Below, in pieces: positions 29,890-38,625 of a stretch of DNA of 64,000 bases (the stretch's first letter is position 1; each line of letters starts with the position of its first letter). The notes under the pieces are model-generated. The model was not told the DNA's origin. It saw only the letters and a list, made by a program, of their open reading frames with translations, and searched no databases. The position numbers were made by a program, and so were the translations under genes. The stretch comes from Oscillospiraceae bacterium (GTDB lineage: Bacteria; Bacillota; Clostridia; UBA1212; UBA1255), in the NCBI GenBank assembly GCA_015069165.1, contig SVJD01000005.1, positions 6,021 to 70,020 of the forward strand, read 5' to 3'.

Positions 29890-30888
29890 TCATATTTTTT
29901 GGTATCTCTGCAAGTCCAACACAATCAGTTTCGATGCCGCATATCTCATCAAACTTTCCATTGCGTTTGCCTGTAATATTGTAAACTCATTTTCCGGCAT
30001 AACAAGAATGAGTCTTTTTTGCATTATATCTTTCTGTGTAACACTTATTCCTCCGAAAGCCGCCCCTTTAAATGCATATAATTCGTCAATCATACTTCTT
30101 ATTTTATATTCGAAAGCACTGGTTTTTTCATAACTTTTCGCAGTATGATTCATACTTTTAATCATCGTAGCCATACCATTTTCAAATATATCTATCGCCG
30201 GAAAACCGGCAGGCAAATTGGCTCCGTACATCTGTCTGATAACCGATCCCCTATACAAATTGTTTTTATCCCAAATACTTTCGTTGTTACTTTCCTCATC
30301 GGGATAATTCTCAGCTGATACGTGAGGCATAACGCCTTTTCCCCATGCCAGGCAATCAATTTCAGATGAAATTTTCACTTCAAACGGTAAATATGTTTTT
30401 ACTGTACAAACTGCTTTAATGCTTATATCATTTGAATCATTGTGAAAGAAATTGCTTTTATAAAGATTCAAATTATACATATTTACTATACCGTTTTTTA
30501 TAAAAATATCTTCCTCAATGTATTTGTCACACAAAGATTGTGATGTAAAGCTGTAAATATAATCAAAAGAATATTCCGAAACCTTTCTCAATTGAAAAAT
30601 ACCCATTAAAAAGTCACCGGCTTCGCCTTGCAATTCTTTTTTTAACTCACCGCCCACTTTATCCAAAAGTATTTCTTGCATATCATCCGCTGCAAAATTT
30701 TTATAAACAGGCGCCCATTTACACATTTTGTCGGCTGTTTTCACAACCGAAGAACAAAGTATTTGCTCTGCTGCCATAATTTGTACTACAGATATAAAAG
30801 ACAAAAGGACTCCTAAAAAAAACGGCATTAAAACTGCAGCCTCAAGAGTTATGCTGCCTTTTTCGGAATGTTTAATATGAAACTTCAC
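29890..30888 (-). CDS. TadE-like (pseudopilin-type N-terminus) protein with C-terminal globular domain
   Basis: N-terminus KGSITLEAAVLMPFFLGVLLSF fits the TadE-like G-x4-E plus hydrophobic helix pattern. GTG start 5 nt after AAGGGAGGA. A 17-nt overlap joins it to the upstream gene. Confidence 0.55.
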   Translation of the reverse strand: MKFHIKHSEKGSITLEAAVLMPFFLGVLLSFISVVQIMAAEQILCSSVVKTADKMCKWAPVYKNFAADDMQEILLDKVGGELKKELQGEAGDFLMGIFQLRKVSEYSFDYIYSFTSQSLCDKYIEEDIFIKNGIVNMYNLNLYKSNFFHNDSNDISIKAVCTVKTYLPFEVKISSEIDCLAWGKGVMPHVSAENYPDEESNNESIWDKNNLYRGSVIRQMYGANLPAGFPAIDIFENGMATMIKSMNHTAKSYEKTSAFEYKIRSMIDELYAFKGAAFGGISVTQKDIMQKRLILVMPENEFTILQANAMESLMRYAASKLIVLDLQRYQKI

Positions 30889-32737
30889 AACAATCCTCCC
30901 TTCTGTATGTTTTGTTCATTCCCAACAGCACAGGAGAAATAAATTCAAACTCCGTTATTGCTTTTGCACAAACTGAATTATACACACCTGAGAGATTATA
31001 TTTTTCGCCCGTAATTTCTTCCATATTTATTTCCATCATATCGCATATTCTAAGCAGTTTTGTTTCCTTATCCGTAAACAGCAACAAAAGCCTGAGATAA
31101 AAACTATAATCTTGGATTTCATTAATTTTATTATCCGTTTCTCCTTTCACTTCAATGAGCGGAACACTTTCTCCTTTAATCAATTGTTCAACATCCATAT
31201 AAGAATCAATCAAAGCCCATGCTGAAATAATAATATATTTATACAGCATAACACCTGCCCCTCTGCTTATAACGGCCGCAATAGCCGCCGCCATAGCTTC
31301 TGCTACAGCAACTCTTTGGTTGTCATTCATAATATTTGCAAAATTAAGTATAAATCTTAAAGCCACAAGTTTTTCTTCTACAGTATCATTATTTTTATCA
31401 CAAGATTCATTTCCGCACAAAATATATTCAATTTCGTTATTTACTTTCTCGTCGGAAACTCCCGTTTGCCTTGTTGTCATATACGTTATAATATAATCAT
31501 CAATCAAAATCCTGCTTGTCATGTCACTGATCAATCCATCAAAAGAAACATCATCCCAAAATGAAAACATATTTCCGAATGAATCAAATTTGTCTATAAA
31601 ACCTTCTTGACTTGCATCAAACAACATTTTAGATGCCTCTTTCTCAGCTTGTGCTCTGATTGACGGAAGCATTGCGTATTTTACAGATGGTATCACATAT
31701 TTGTCATCATAAAAAATTTCACTTGTAACTTTACTCTTAACATCTTGTGTAAGTACTTTTCTCGAATCCTTATACTCACCGCTGTTTTCAGCATAAATTG
31801 TATTGATTTTTATGTTTGTGTACGGTTCTTTTTGATTTAAAACAGATTTAAGCTGTGTAATATCCGTAAATTCTTTATTTTCAAAACTGTAAAGCACATC
31901 CAGTCGTTCTTTTAACACTTCACAGTTATAATTAATTTTTTCACAAGCATTGCTGTTTAATAAAGCTTGTGTTTGTTTTCTAATAGAATCCGCATCGTCT
32001 TTTAAACCTGACAGCATACTATTTATCTCATCTGCTCCGATTTTCAGCTTATTAAATATCAAAGCCGCATCGTTATTGTATCTTTGATACTGTTCATTGA
32101 AAGATATCATTTGTTTCAGCAAAATATCTGCAGAATTTTCATTTGGCTGGGCAAAACTTTCAAAAACTGTTGTAATAAATTCTTGTTTATATCCGTTCAC
32201 ACAAGCAGGATCATTCGTATAATACCCCTCGACTTTAATTTTCAATTCATCGCGAAGCGTTTGAAGCTCGGACAATTTTTGTGCAGCTTTGCCGCAAATG
32301 CTATACTCATCACACTCTTTGTCAGTCTGCGAAATTATATCAAATGCTTTAAAAACAGTTTCCGTAATGCGTACGGGAGTTTTGATTTTCATAAGACCTG
32401 ATATTTGATTTTCAATAATATCAAGCTCTGTAAATGCACCTTTAAAATTAACTGTACTTTCCTTTGCATCATAATATTTCATAAAATCACGCTGCGCGGA
32501 GCAATCAGAGCTTGTATTGTACCCATATAACCCATACTTATCTGCAAGCAAAGCATCATACGAGGCAAGTACGGAATTGCAGGCAAGTTTCATTCTAGCC
32601 GGTATATTGCTCATTATTGTTTTCATATACACATAATCAATTAAAACAGTATTAAGTACAATTATCGAAGATAAAACAATCGCAGCCGCTGCCGTTATGC
32701 TTCCTTTGTTATCCCGAATAGTTTTTACACAATTCAC
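30872..32737 (-). CDS. TadG-like / DUF5702-like large membrane-associated protein
   Basis: N-terminus NKGSITAAAAIVLSSIIVLNTVLI followed by SVLASYDALLADKYGLYGY, a pattern I associate with Firmicute Tad-locus DUF5702 proteins. Hydrophobic segment near the C-terminus. GTG start. Confidence 0.5.
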   Translation of the reverse strand: MNCVKTIRDNKGSITAAAAIVLSSIIVLNTVLIDYVYMKTIMSNIPARMKLACNSVLASYDALLADKYGLYGYNTSSDCSAQRDFMKYYDAKESTVNFKGAFTELDIIENQISGLMKIKTPVRITETVFKAFDIISQTDKECDEYSICGKAAQKLSELQTLRDELKIKVEGYYTNDPACVNGYKQEFITTVFESFAQPNENSADILLKQMISFNEQYQRYNNDAALIFNKLKIGADEINSMLSGLKDDADSIRKQTQALLNSNACEKINYNCEVLKERLDVLYSFENKEFTDITQLKSVLNQKEPYTNIKINTIYAENSGEYKDSRKVLTQDVKSKVTSEIFYDDKYVIPSVKYAMLPSIRAQAEKEASKMLFDASQEGFIDKFDSFGNMFSFWDDVSFDGLISDMTSRILIDDYIITYMTTRQTGVSDEKVNNEIEYILCGNESCDKNNDTVEEKLVALRFILNFANIMNDNQRVAVAEAMAAAIAAVISRGAGVMLYKYIIISAWALIDSYMDVEQLIKGESVPLIEVKGETDNKINEIQDYSFYLRLLLLFTDKETKLLRICDMMEINMEEITGEKYNLSGVYNSVCAKAITEFEFISPVLLGMNKTYRREDCCEVSY

Positions 32738-32915
32738 TTAATATAGCGCCTCCTCTGACAACATCAGTATGGCTTATTAGTTCTTCGGGAACAGACGTTG
32801 CATTTTTGTCTGCGTGCTGCGATACCATATCCGTATATTTTAAACTTACGAAAATTACCACTGCCGCAAAAATCAATACGGCAGGCAATATAATCGCCGT
32901 CTCAAGTGTGTGCAT
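32709..32915 (-). CDS. small TadE-like membrane protein
   Basis: MHTLETAIILPAVLIFAAVVIF N-terminus (ExAxxxP pattern). ATG at 32915 sits 7 nt after AGGAGG. A 29-nt overlap joins it to the next gene. Confidence 0.45.
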   Translation of the reverse strand: MHTLETAIILPAVLIFAAVVIFVSLKYTDMVSQHADKNATSVPEELISHTDVVRGGAILSELCKNYSG

Positions 32916-33006
32916 TTCATCACCTCCTTGACACACTTTTTATACAATAAATCACTTGTCTTGTAAAGAAAAACCGTTCGTCTGAATCGGACTTTTTTCG
33001 ACTGTT

Positions 33007-33402
33007 TCAGAGTATATTTAACAAGTCCGGTTTGTCTTGTTTTGACGTAATTTCCAGAATTTTCTCAAGTTTTTTTGCTTCTAATTCTGCACTGTTCTTC
33101 TCGCCTTTTTTGCTGTATTCGATGAAAGTTGTTATGCTCAACTCTACCTTTTCTATTGCTGAATGATGCACCACAAAGCTCCAATGGTCCATGTGTTCAT
33201 TCCATAATTTTTCAAGCTCATCGCACTTTTGAAATACAGCATCATCATTTTCCTCCAATGCCGATATTTCTCTGACTTTTTTCATAAATTTATCAACATC
33301 ATCCCCCAACATTTTGTCAAACATCAATGTAGGTACAAAAACAGCCACAAGTATCAATATTACTGCCAACACGAAAAAACACGAGTTTTTGTATACTTTC
33401 AT
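33007..33402 (-). CDS. DUF4363-like small membrane-anchored protein
   Basis: One N-terminal TM segment plus a helical domain. It is characteristically paired with and overlaps (ATGA) a DUF421 gene. Confidence 0.6.
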   Translation of the reverse strand: MKVYKNSCFFVLAVILILVAVFVPTLMFDKMLGDDVDKFMKKVREISALEENDDAVFQKCDELEKLWNEHMDHWSFVVHHSAIEKVELSITTFIEYSKKGEKNSAELEAKKLEKILEITSKQDKPDLLNIL

Positions 33403-34073
33403 TTTATATTTTCCTTTCTTTGAACAATGATTTTACCTGCTCCGTTTACATAACAGTAAAAAGCGTCCTCTACTTTACTAAGTCCGCTTTTTGAAAGTTC
33501 GCACATCAAAAAATCCTTTTTTATGTTCAGCAGTTCTAAATTATCTTCTAACAAACATCCGCCGATTATCAAATCAGTTACCACATCAGACGGTGCTTTT
33601 ATGCTCATATCTCCCCTTGTCAAATTTTGCGACTCACTTATAGGTAATACGCTCAATTCTCCGTTATTTTCCAAAATTGCCAACTGTACGCTTTTAACAT
33701 CAGGGAATCCTTTCAGTCTTAATGCTTCCAACAAATCATCAAGTGTGTACATTTGATTTCTCAAGTTTTCCTCAATTACCACACCGTTTTTTATCATGAT
33801 ACATGGTTTTCCGCACAAAAAGCCTCGTATTTTTTTCGATTTCATCACACTGAACGATATACAAAGTTGAAGCAAGAGCAATGATAATATGGGTACAATT
33901 CCTGTCCAAAGAGGAATACTGCTGTCTTGCATCGGAAGTGATGCCAAATCAGAAATCATTATTGCAATTACAAATTCATACGGTTGCAATTGTCCGATTT
34001 GGCGTTTTCCCATAATTCTCATTGTCAATATTACTATTGAATACATTATTATTGTTCTGATAAAACTTACCAC
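33399..34073 (-). CDS. DUF421 domain protein (YetF/YrbG-like spore membrane protein family)
   Basis: RIMGKRQIGQLQPYEFV motif plus a C-terminal YetF-like domain. I prefer GTG at 34073 (after AAGGAA) to the track TTG at 34166. Confidence 0.7.
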   Translation of the reverse strand: MVSFIRTIIMYSIVILTMRIMGKRQIGQLQPYEFVIAIMISDLASLPMQDSSIPLWTGIVPILSLLLLQLCISFSVMKSKKIRGFLCGKPCIMIKNGVVIEENLRNQMYTLDDLLEALRLKGFPDVKSVQLAILENNGELSVLPISESQNLTRGDMSIKAPSDVVTDLIIGGCLLEDNLELLNIKKDFLMCELSKSGLSKVEDAFYCYVNGAGKIIVQRKENIK

Positions 34074-34189
34074 TTTTGTCAATTCCTTATTTTTTTGCCC
34101 TTTTCGGACTGAATGTTTTGCGTATATTTTCTGCTTTTTTATACAAAATATTCTGCGTATCAACAAATTCAGAGAGGATGAACTGTAAA

Positions 34190-34405
34190 ATGGCTAATTC
34201 TACAATGCCTGAAAAATCACTTTCAATGCTTGAAGACATCCTGGGTGCCGAATCTATGGCTGTCAAAAAGTATCAATTTTTTACTGCAAATTGCACTGAC
34301 CCTAATTTAAAAATGATCTGCGAAAAAGCAGAACAAATGCACAGAAAACATTTTGACACAATGTTTCAGTATTTGAACTCACACGCATGTCAGGGAGGAA
34401 TGTAA
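34190..34405 (+). CDS. CotF-like spore coat protein (short)
   Basis: LEDILGAESMAVKKYQFFTANCTDPNLKMICEKAEQMHRKHF fits the Coat F domain pattern. I prefer ATG at 34190 to the upstream track start. Confidence 0.6.
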   Translation: MANSTMPEKSLSMLEDILGAESMAVKKYQFFTANCTDPNLKMICEKAEQMHRKHFDTMFQYLNSHACQGGM

Positions 34406-34406
34406 T

Positions 34407-34676
34407 ATGCAGCAGATTTTAACAGAGCAAGATATGATTACGGATGCATTGAGCACAGAAAAACAACTCACGGAGTTGTACGCAACTGCTGTTTCAGAAG
34501 CGTCATGTCAGATTTTAAGAAATGAAATCACAAAAATGTTTACTGAAACACAACAGCTTCAATTTGAAATTTTCAATGCCCTTAAGTCAAGAGGTTGGTA
34601 TCAAGTTAAAAATACAGAAACAGCTGATGTTCAACAGGCTGTTGCAAAATTCCGTCAGGTAATGAGCAATCTGTAA
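34407..34676 (+). CDS. CotF family spore coat protein
   Basis: EQDMITDALSTEKQLTELYATAVSEASCQILRNE fits the Coat F domain. It starts 1 nt after the preceding stop. Confidence 0.75.
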   Translation: MQQILTEQDMITDALSTEKQLTELYATAVSEASCQILRNEITKMFTETQQLQFEIFNALKSRGWYQVKNTETADVQQAVAKFRQVMSNL

Positions 34677-34704
34677 AAAAAAGCGGCACCTTTAAAGTGC
34701 CGCT
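34673..34704 (-). terminator. rho-independent terminator of the fused ABC gene
   Basis: Stem AGCGGCAC / GTGCCGCT. The T8 run lies on the minus strand, immediately after the hairpin. Confidence 0.65.
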
Positions 34705-34723
34705 CTTACATATTCAATCTATT

Positions 34724-37354
34724 TTACTCTGTTCTCAATGCAACTACGGGATCTTTTTTTGCCGCGAATCTTGACGGTATAAGGCCTGCAATCAAAGTAA
34801 GACACATACTTATTACAACCAAAATAATCGCACCTTGCCAAGGTAAATGAGCCAAACCGTTTATATCTGTTATGAGCTCAATAATAATATTTATCGGAAT
34901 TATCAAAAGACACGTTACACCGATTCCTATGAGTCCCGCAACAAATCCTACAATAAGCGTTTCTGCATTAAATACTCTCGAAATATCTTTTTTTGAAGCT
35001 CCGATACTTCTGAGAATACCGATTTCTTTCGTTCTTTCAAGAACTGAAATATAAGTAATTATTCCTATCATTATAGATGAAACAATAAGCGAAATTGCAA
35101 CAAAAGCAATTAAAATATAACTGATAGAATTAATAATCGTCGTTACAGAAGACATCATAATACCGATGTAATCAGTATACTGTATTTTATCATTTTCTGA
35201 TTTTCCCTCATTATAATTCTTTATCTTCTCTACAATTTTCTCTTTTGCTTCAAAATCTACGGGATATATATTAATCACGGACGGATTATCAACATCTGCA
35301 ACACCCATAAGTTCAAGATTTCCGTCGTAAGTTGCCGTTGAAGTACCCATATACGATTGAATTGCCATCATTTGTTGCTCTTTGGTCATACTCATAAATT
35401 GAGCTTGCATTTCCGCAGGCATCTGTGCAACAATTCCCGCAATTTCCTCCTGTGTCATTTTATTAATGTCAAATGTTTCGCCGTTTGAAAACTTTTGTCC
35501 CGTAAAAATATCATATTCGGAATTTTCTTTTTGCGCTTTAACAACATCGCTGTTATTAACTTGTTCAATCAATTTAGGCATCAAATCTTTGTGATAACCC
35601 ACCATTCCGCCGGAAGCAGCCGTTTTGGCATCCTCTTTCGGAACAAACACACCTACAATATCAACATCGAAACCTTTGCTTGCGTTTTCAACGAGCTGTT
35701 TAATATAAACATTATCGGAAGACTTATCTACCCACCTGTGCTCACTTTCGCTGTACTCAAAATAGTCGGTTGTGGGCAAAACTTTATACGACAAAGACAT
35801 GAGATAATCAAACGTATATTTTTCTTCCTCGTTAGACGTTATTTCTTTGCCCGATGCCAAATCTTTCATCAAGCCCGAAAGCTCGGAAGTATCCTTTATC
35901 CCCAAAGTATAAAGTGAGTAGTCACTGATTTCCGCATTTTTATCAAGAATGATTACAGCCTGGTTATAGGCATTCGGAATTTCGCCGTAAATCTCATACT
36001 GTTCTTCCAAAAGCTCCCTGTTATTCATGAGTTCTGTCCAAACATTCATATTTGCACTCATCATTCCCATGGATGCTGAACCGCCGTCACCGGAAATACC
36101 CATCATTTCGTTAAAACCCAAAATGTCGAAAACTTGGCTGGGATTCACTTTTAAAACACCCTTTGAAGTATCTTTTTTGTATATATGCATGGGCGTGGTA
36201 TATGTGTATTTAATATCGGAAGTAAGTTCGGCAAAACCGTTTTCTTTACTTTCAAGGAAAAATTTAAATGACTTTAAATCGTTTACAACAACCTCTTTAG
36301 AAACAGCTTCAAGCATATCCATCATAACATCGTTTGAATACGCTGTATTTTCCTCTTTTGCAATATCTTCCTTATTGGCCATAGACATCATCGACATCAT
36401 AAGTGAAGACATATCCATAGTTGCCGACTCTATTGTAAGCGGATAACTTGACAGGGTTTCCGATTCTACTTTTTCTATATACAAATCAACTCCGCTGGAA
36501 AGTGCCAAAATCAAAGCAATTCCTATGATTCCGATACTGCCTGCAAAAGAAGTCATAAAAGTTCTTCCTTTTTTTGTAAGTAAGTTGTTAAAACTGAGAG
36601 AAAGCGCAGTAAAAAATGACATTGAAGTCTTATATTTTTTCTTTTTTACTTCCTGAACATCAGCTTTCTCTTCTGCAATATATACGTTTGTATCACTGAC
36701 AACTTCACCATCGAGAAGTCTTATAATTCTGTTAGAATATTGCTCAGCAAGTTCGGGATTATGAGTAACCATAATAACAAGCTTTTCGTTTGCAATTTCT
36801 TTTAATATTTCCATAATCTGAATACTTGTTTCAGAATCAAGCGCTCCGGTAGGCTCGTCAGCAAGCAAAATATCAGGATTGTTTACAAGCGCCCTTGCAA
36901 TTGCAACACGCTGCATTTGACCGCCTGACATCTGATTAGGCTTTTTGTGTGCTTGATCTTTAAGACCTACTTTTTCCAAAGCCTCCATTGCTCTTTTCTT
37001 TCTTTCTGCTTTGCCTACACCCGAAAGTGTCAAAGCAAGCTCTACGTTAGAAAGAACAGATTGATGCGAAATAAGATTATAACTTTGAAACACAAAACCG
37101 ATTTTATGATTTCTGTACGCATCCCAATCGCTGTCTTTATACTGCTTTGTGGACGTACCGTTAATTACAAGGTCACCGGATGTATATTGATCAAGACCGC
37201 CGATTATATTAAGAAGCGTTGTTTTGCCGCAACCGGAAGGGCCTAAAATTGCAACAAATTCGCTTTTGCGAAACTCCATACTCACACTTTTAAGTGCTTG
37301 TACTTGTAATGTGCCGGTATCATATGTTTTAGTGATATCTTTTAATTTTAACAT
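34724..37354 (-). CDS. fused ABC transporter ATP-binding protein / FtsX-type permease (MacB-like)
   Basis: N-terminal Walker A GPSGCGKTT, signature SGGQMQR and Walker B LLADEPT. These are followed by a TM segment, a large extracytoplasmic domain and a C-terminal FtsX four-helix module (ERTKEIGILRSIGA). Confidence 0.85.
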   Translation of the reverse strand: MLKLKDITKTYDTGTLQVQALKSVSMEFRKSEFVAILGPSGCGKTTLLNIIGGLDQYTSGDLVINGTSTKQYKDSDWDAYRNHKIGFVFQSYNLISHQSVLSNVELALTLSGVGKAERKKRAMEALEKVGLKDQAHKKPNQMSGGQMQRVAIARALVNNPDILLADEPTGALDSETSIQIMEILKEIANEKLVIMVTHNPELAEQYSNRIIRLLDGEVVSDTNVYIAEEKADVQEVKKKKYKTSMSFFTALSLSFNNLLTKKGRTFMTSFAGSIGIIGIALILALSSGVDLYIEKVESETLSSYPLTIESATMDMSSLMMSMMSMANKEDIAKEENTAYSNDVMMDMLEAVSKEVVVNDLKSFKFFLESKENGFAELTSDIKYTYTTPMHIYKKDTSKGVLKVNPSQVFDILGFNEMMGISGDGGSASMGMMSANMNVWTELMNNRELLEEQYEIYGEIPNAYNQAVIILDKNAEISDYSLYTLGIKDTSELSGLMKDLASGKEITSNEEEKYTFDYLMSLSYKVLPTTDYFEYSESEHRWVDKSSDNVYIKQLVENASKGFDVDIVGVFVPKEDAKTAASGGMVGYHKDLMPKLIEQVNNSDVVKAQKENSEYDIFTGQKFSNGETFDINKMTQEEIAGIVAQMPAEMQAQFMSMTKEQQMMAIQSYMGTSTATYDGNLELMGVADVDNPSVINIYPVDFEAKEKIVEKIKNYNEGKSENDKIQYTDYIGIMMSSVTTIINSISYILIAFVAISLIVSSIMIGIITYISVLERTKEIGILRSIGASKKDISRVFNAETLIVGFVAGLIGIGVTCLLIIPINIIIELITDINGLAHLPWQGAIILVVISMCLTLIAGLIPSRFAAKKDPVVALRTE

Positions 37355-37444
37355 ATATCAAACTCCATTCCCAAAAGAACTTTAAAACTCAAATTGTGCA
37401 ACCTGCATATTATACCATTTAAAATATAAAATTTGTATAAATTT

Positions 37445-38473
37445 TTATGGCACAATATTCTTAATAACAGGAATCTTTTTTAACAAATATGTAAACAACA
37501 AACAAATTGCGTATATCAAGAAAGGAACAATCAATCTCCACTCCCAATGAAATTCCGCAATAAATCTTCTTAAAAATCTATATACAGTCATGTGCATTAA
37601 GTAAATACCGAAACTGCAAGCAGATATTCGAGATATAATTTTTGACATTTTGGGGTTTTCCGCAATCTTTTTGATAACATTGCTCTGCTTAAAGAACAAA
37701 AACACACCGCAAGCTTGAAGCACTGCAATGTACGATGTATAACCGTAAAATGTTTTATCCAAAGCTCCGTTTTCATACGAAAGTATAACAGTTCCTGCAA
37801 ATTTTACCAAAACTGCCAATACAGCCAATGCGTAAACGATAAGTCTTTGCTTTTTTGTGAATTCCGTAGCAGAGAAAAGATACCCCAAAATCGTAAAAAT
37901 AAGCATTCCGCCAACACTTTGCATTGCTAAACTGTAATTCCATGTTAAACCCATATACGAGAAAACCGATGGTAATAACGAGTTAACGAAAAGTGCGCCC
38001 AGTGCCATATACCACAATATTTTACGATTATCTTTCAAGCAAGAGAGTACGGGAATTGCCAAATAAACAGCAAAAAGAGGAATAAAGAACCAATAAACAG
38101 CTTCAATTTTACAATTAACAAAGTCATTTATAAATACTTTGAAACCCGTTTCAAATGGACTTATATGTTTTTCCGCCGCAACAATAAGAGACCAAACCAC
38201 AAAAGGAATAACAGTTTTCATAAAGCGTTTCTTAAAAAATTCGCCTGTGGTGTATTTTTCACGGTAATTCATAAGATTTGCGCCCGATAACATTATAAAA
38301 ACAGGAACAGCCCAATAGCATATAACTTCTATCGTTATAGCTTGAAGCCAAGCCAAATCTCCGGTAAATTTAAAAGAATTTCCGTTGCAGTGCAAAAAAA
38401 TAACGCTTAAAGCCGCCAAAATATTCAAAATATCAAAATATATTACTCTCGAACCGGCTTTTAACTGTTGCAC
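37445..38473 (-). CDS. acyltransferase family 3 membrane protein
   Basis: Polytopic protein. The N-terminal YFDILNILAALSVIFLHC matches the Acyl_transf_3 pattern. GTG at 38473 sits 8 nt after AGAGGAG; the longer track ORF overlaps the divergent gene's start region. Confidence 0.75.
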   Translation of the reverse strand: MQQLKAGSRVIYFDILNILAALSVIFLHCNGNSFKFTGDLAWLQAITIEVICYWAVPVFIMLSGANLMNYREKYTTGEFFKKRFMKTVIPFVVWSLIVAAEKHISPFETGFKVFINDFVNCKIEAVYWFFIPLFAVYLAIPVLSCLKDNRKILWYMALGALFVNSLLPSVFSYMGLTWNYSLAMQSVGGMLIFTILGYLFSATEFTKKQRLIVYALAVLAVLVKFAGTVILSYENGALDKTFYGYTSYIAVLQACGVFLFFKQSNVIKKIAENPKMSKIISRISACSFGIYLMHMTVYRFLRRFIAEFHWEWRLIVPFLIYAICLLFTYLLKKIPVIKNIVP

Positions 38474-38625
38474 GAAAAATTCTCCTCTTAAATATAATTC
38501 ACTCAAACGAATTGTATCATCTTCGCAAAAAATTTCAAGTATCACAACAGAGTAAAATATGGTATAATTCAAAGAGCAAACAAATTGCTTAAAACAACAA
38601 TGTGAAAAGGGAGATTTTTCATATA

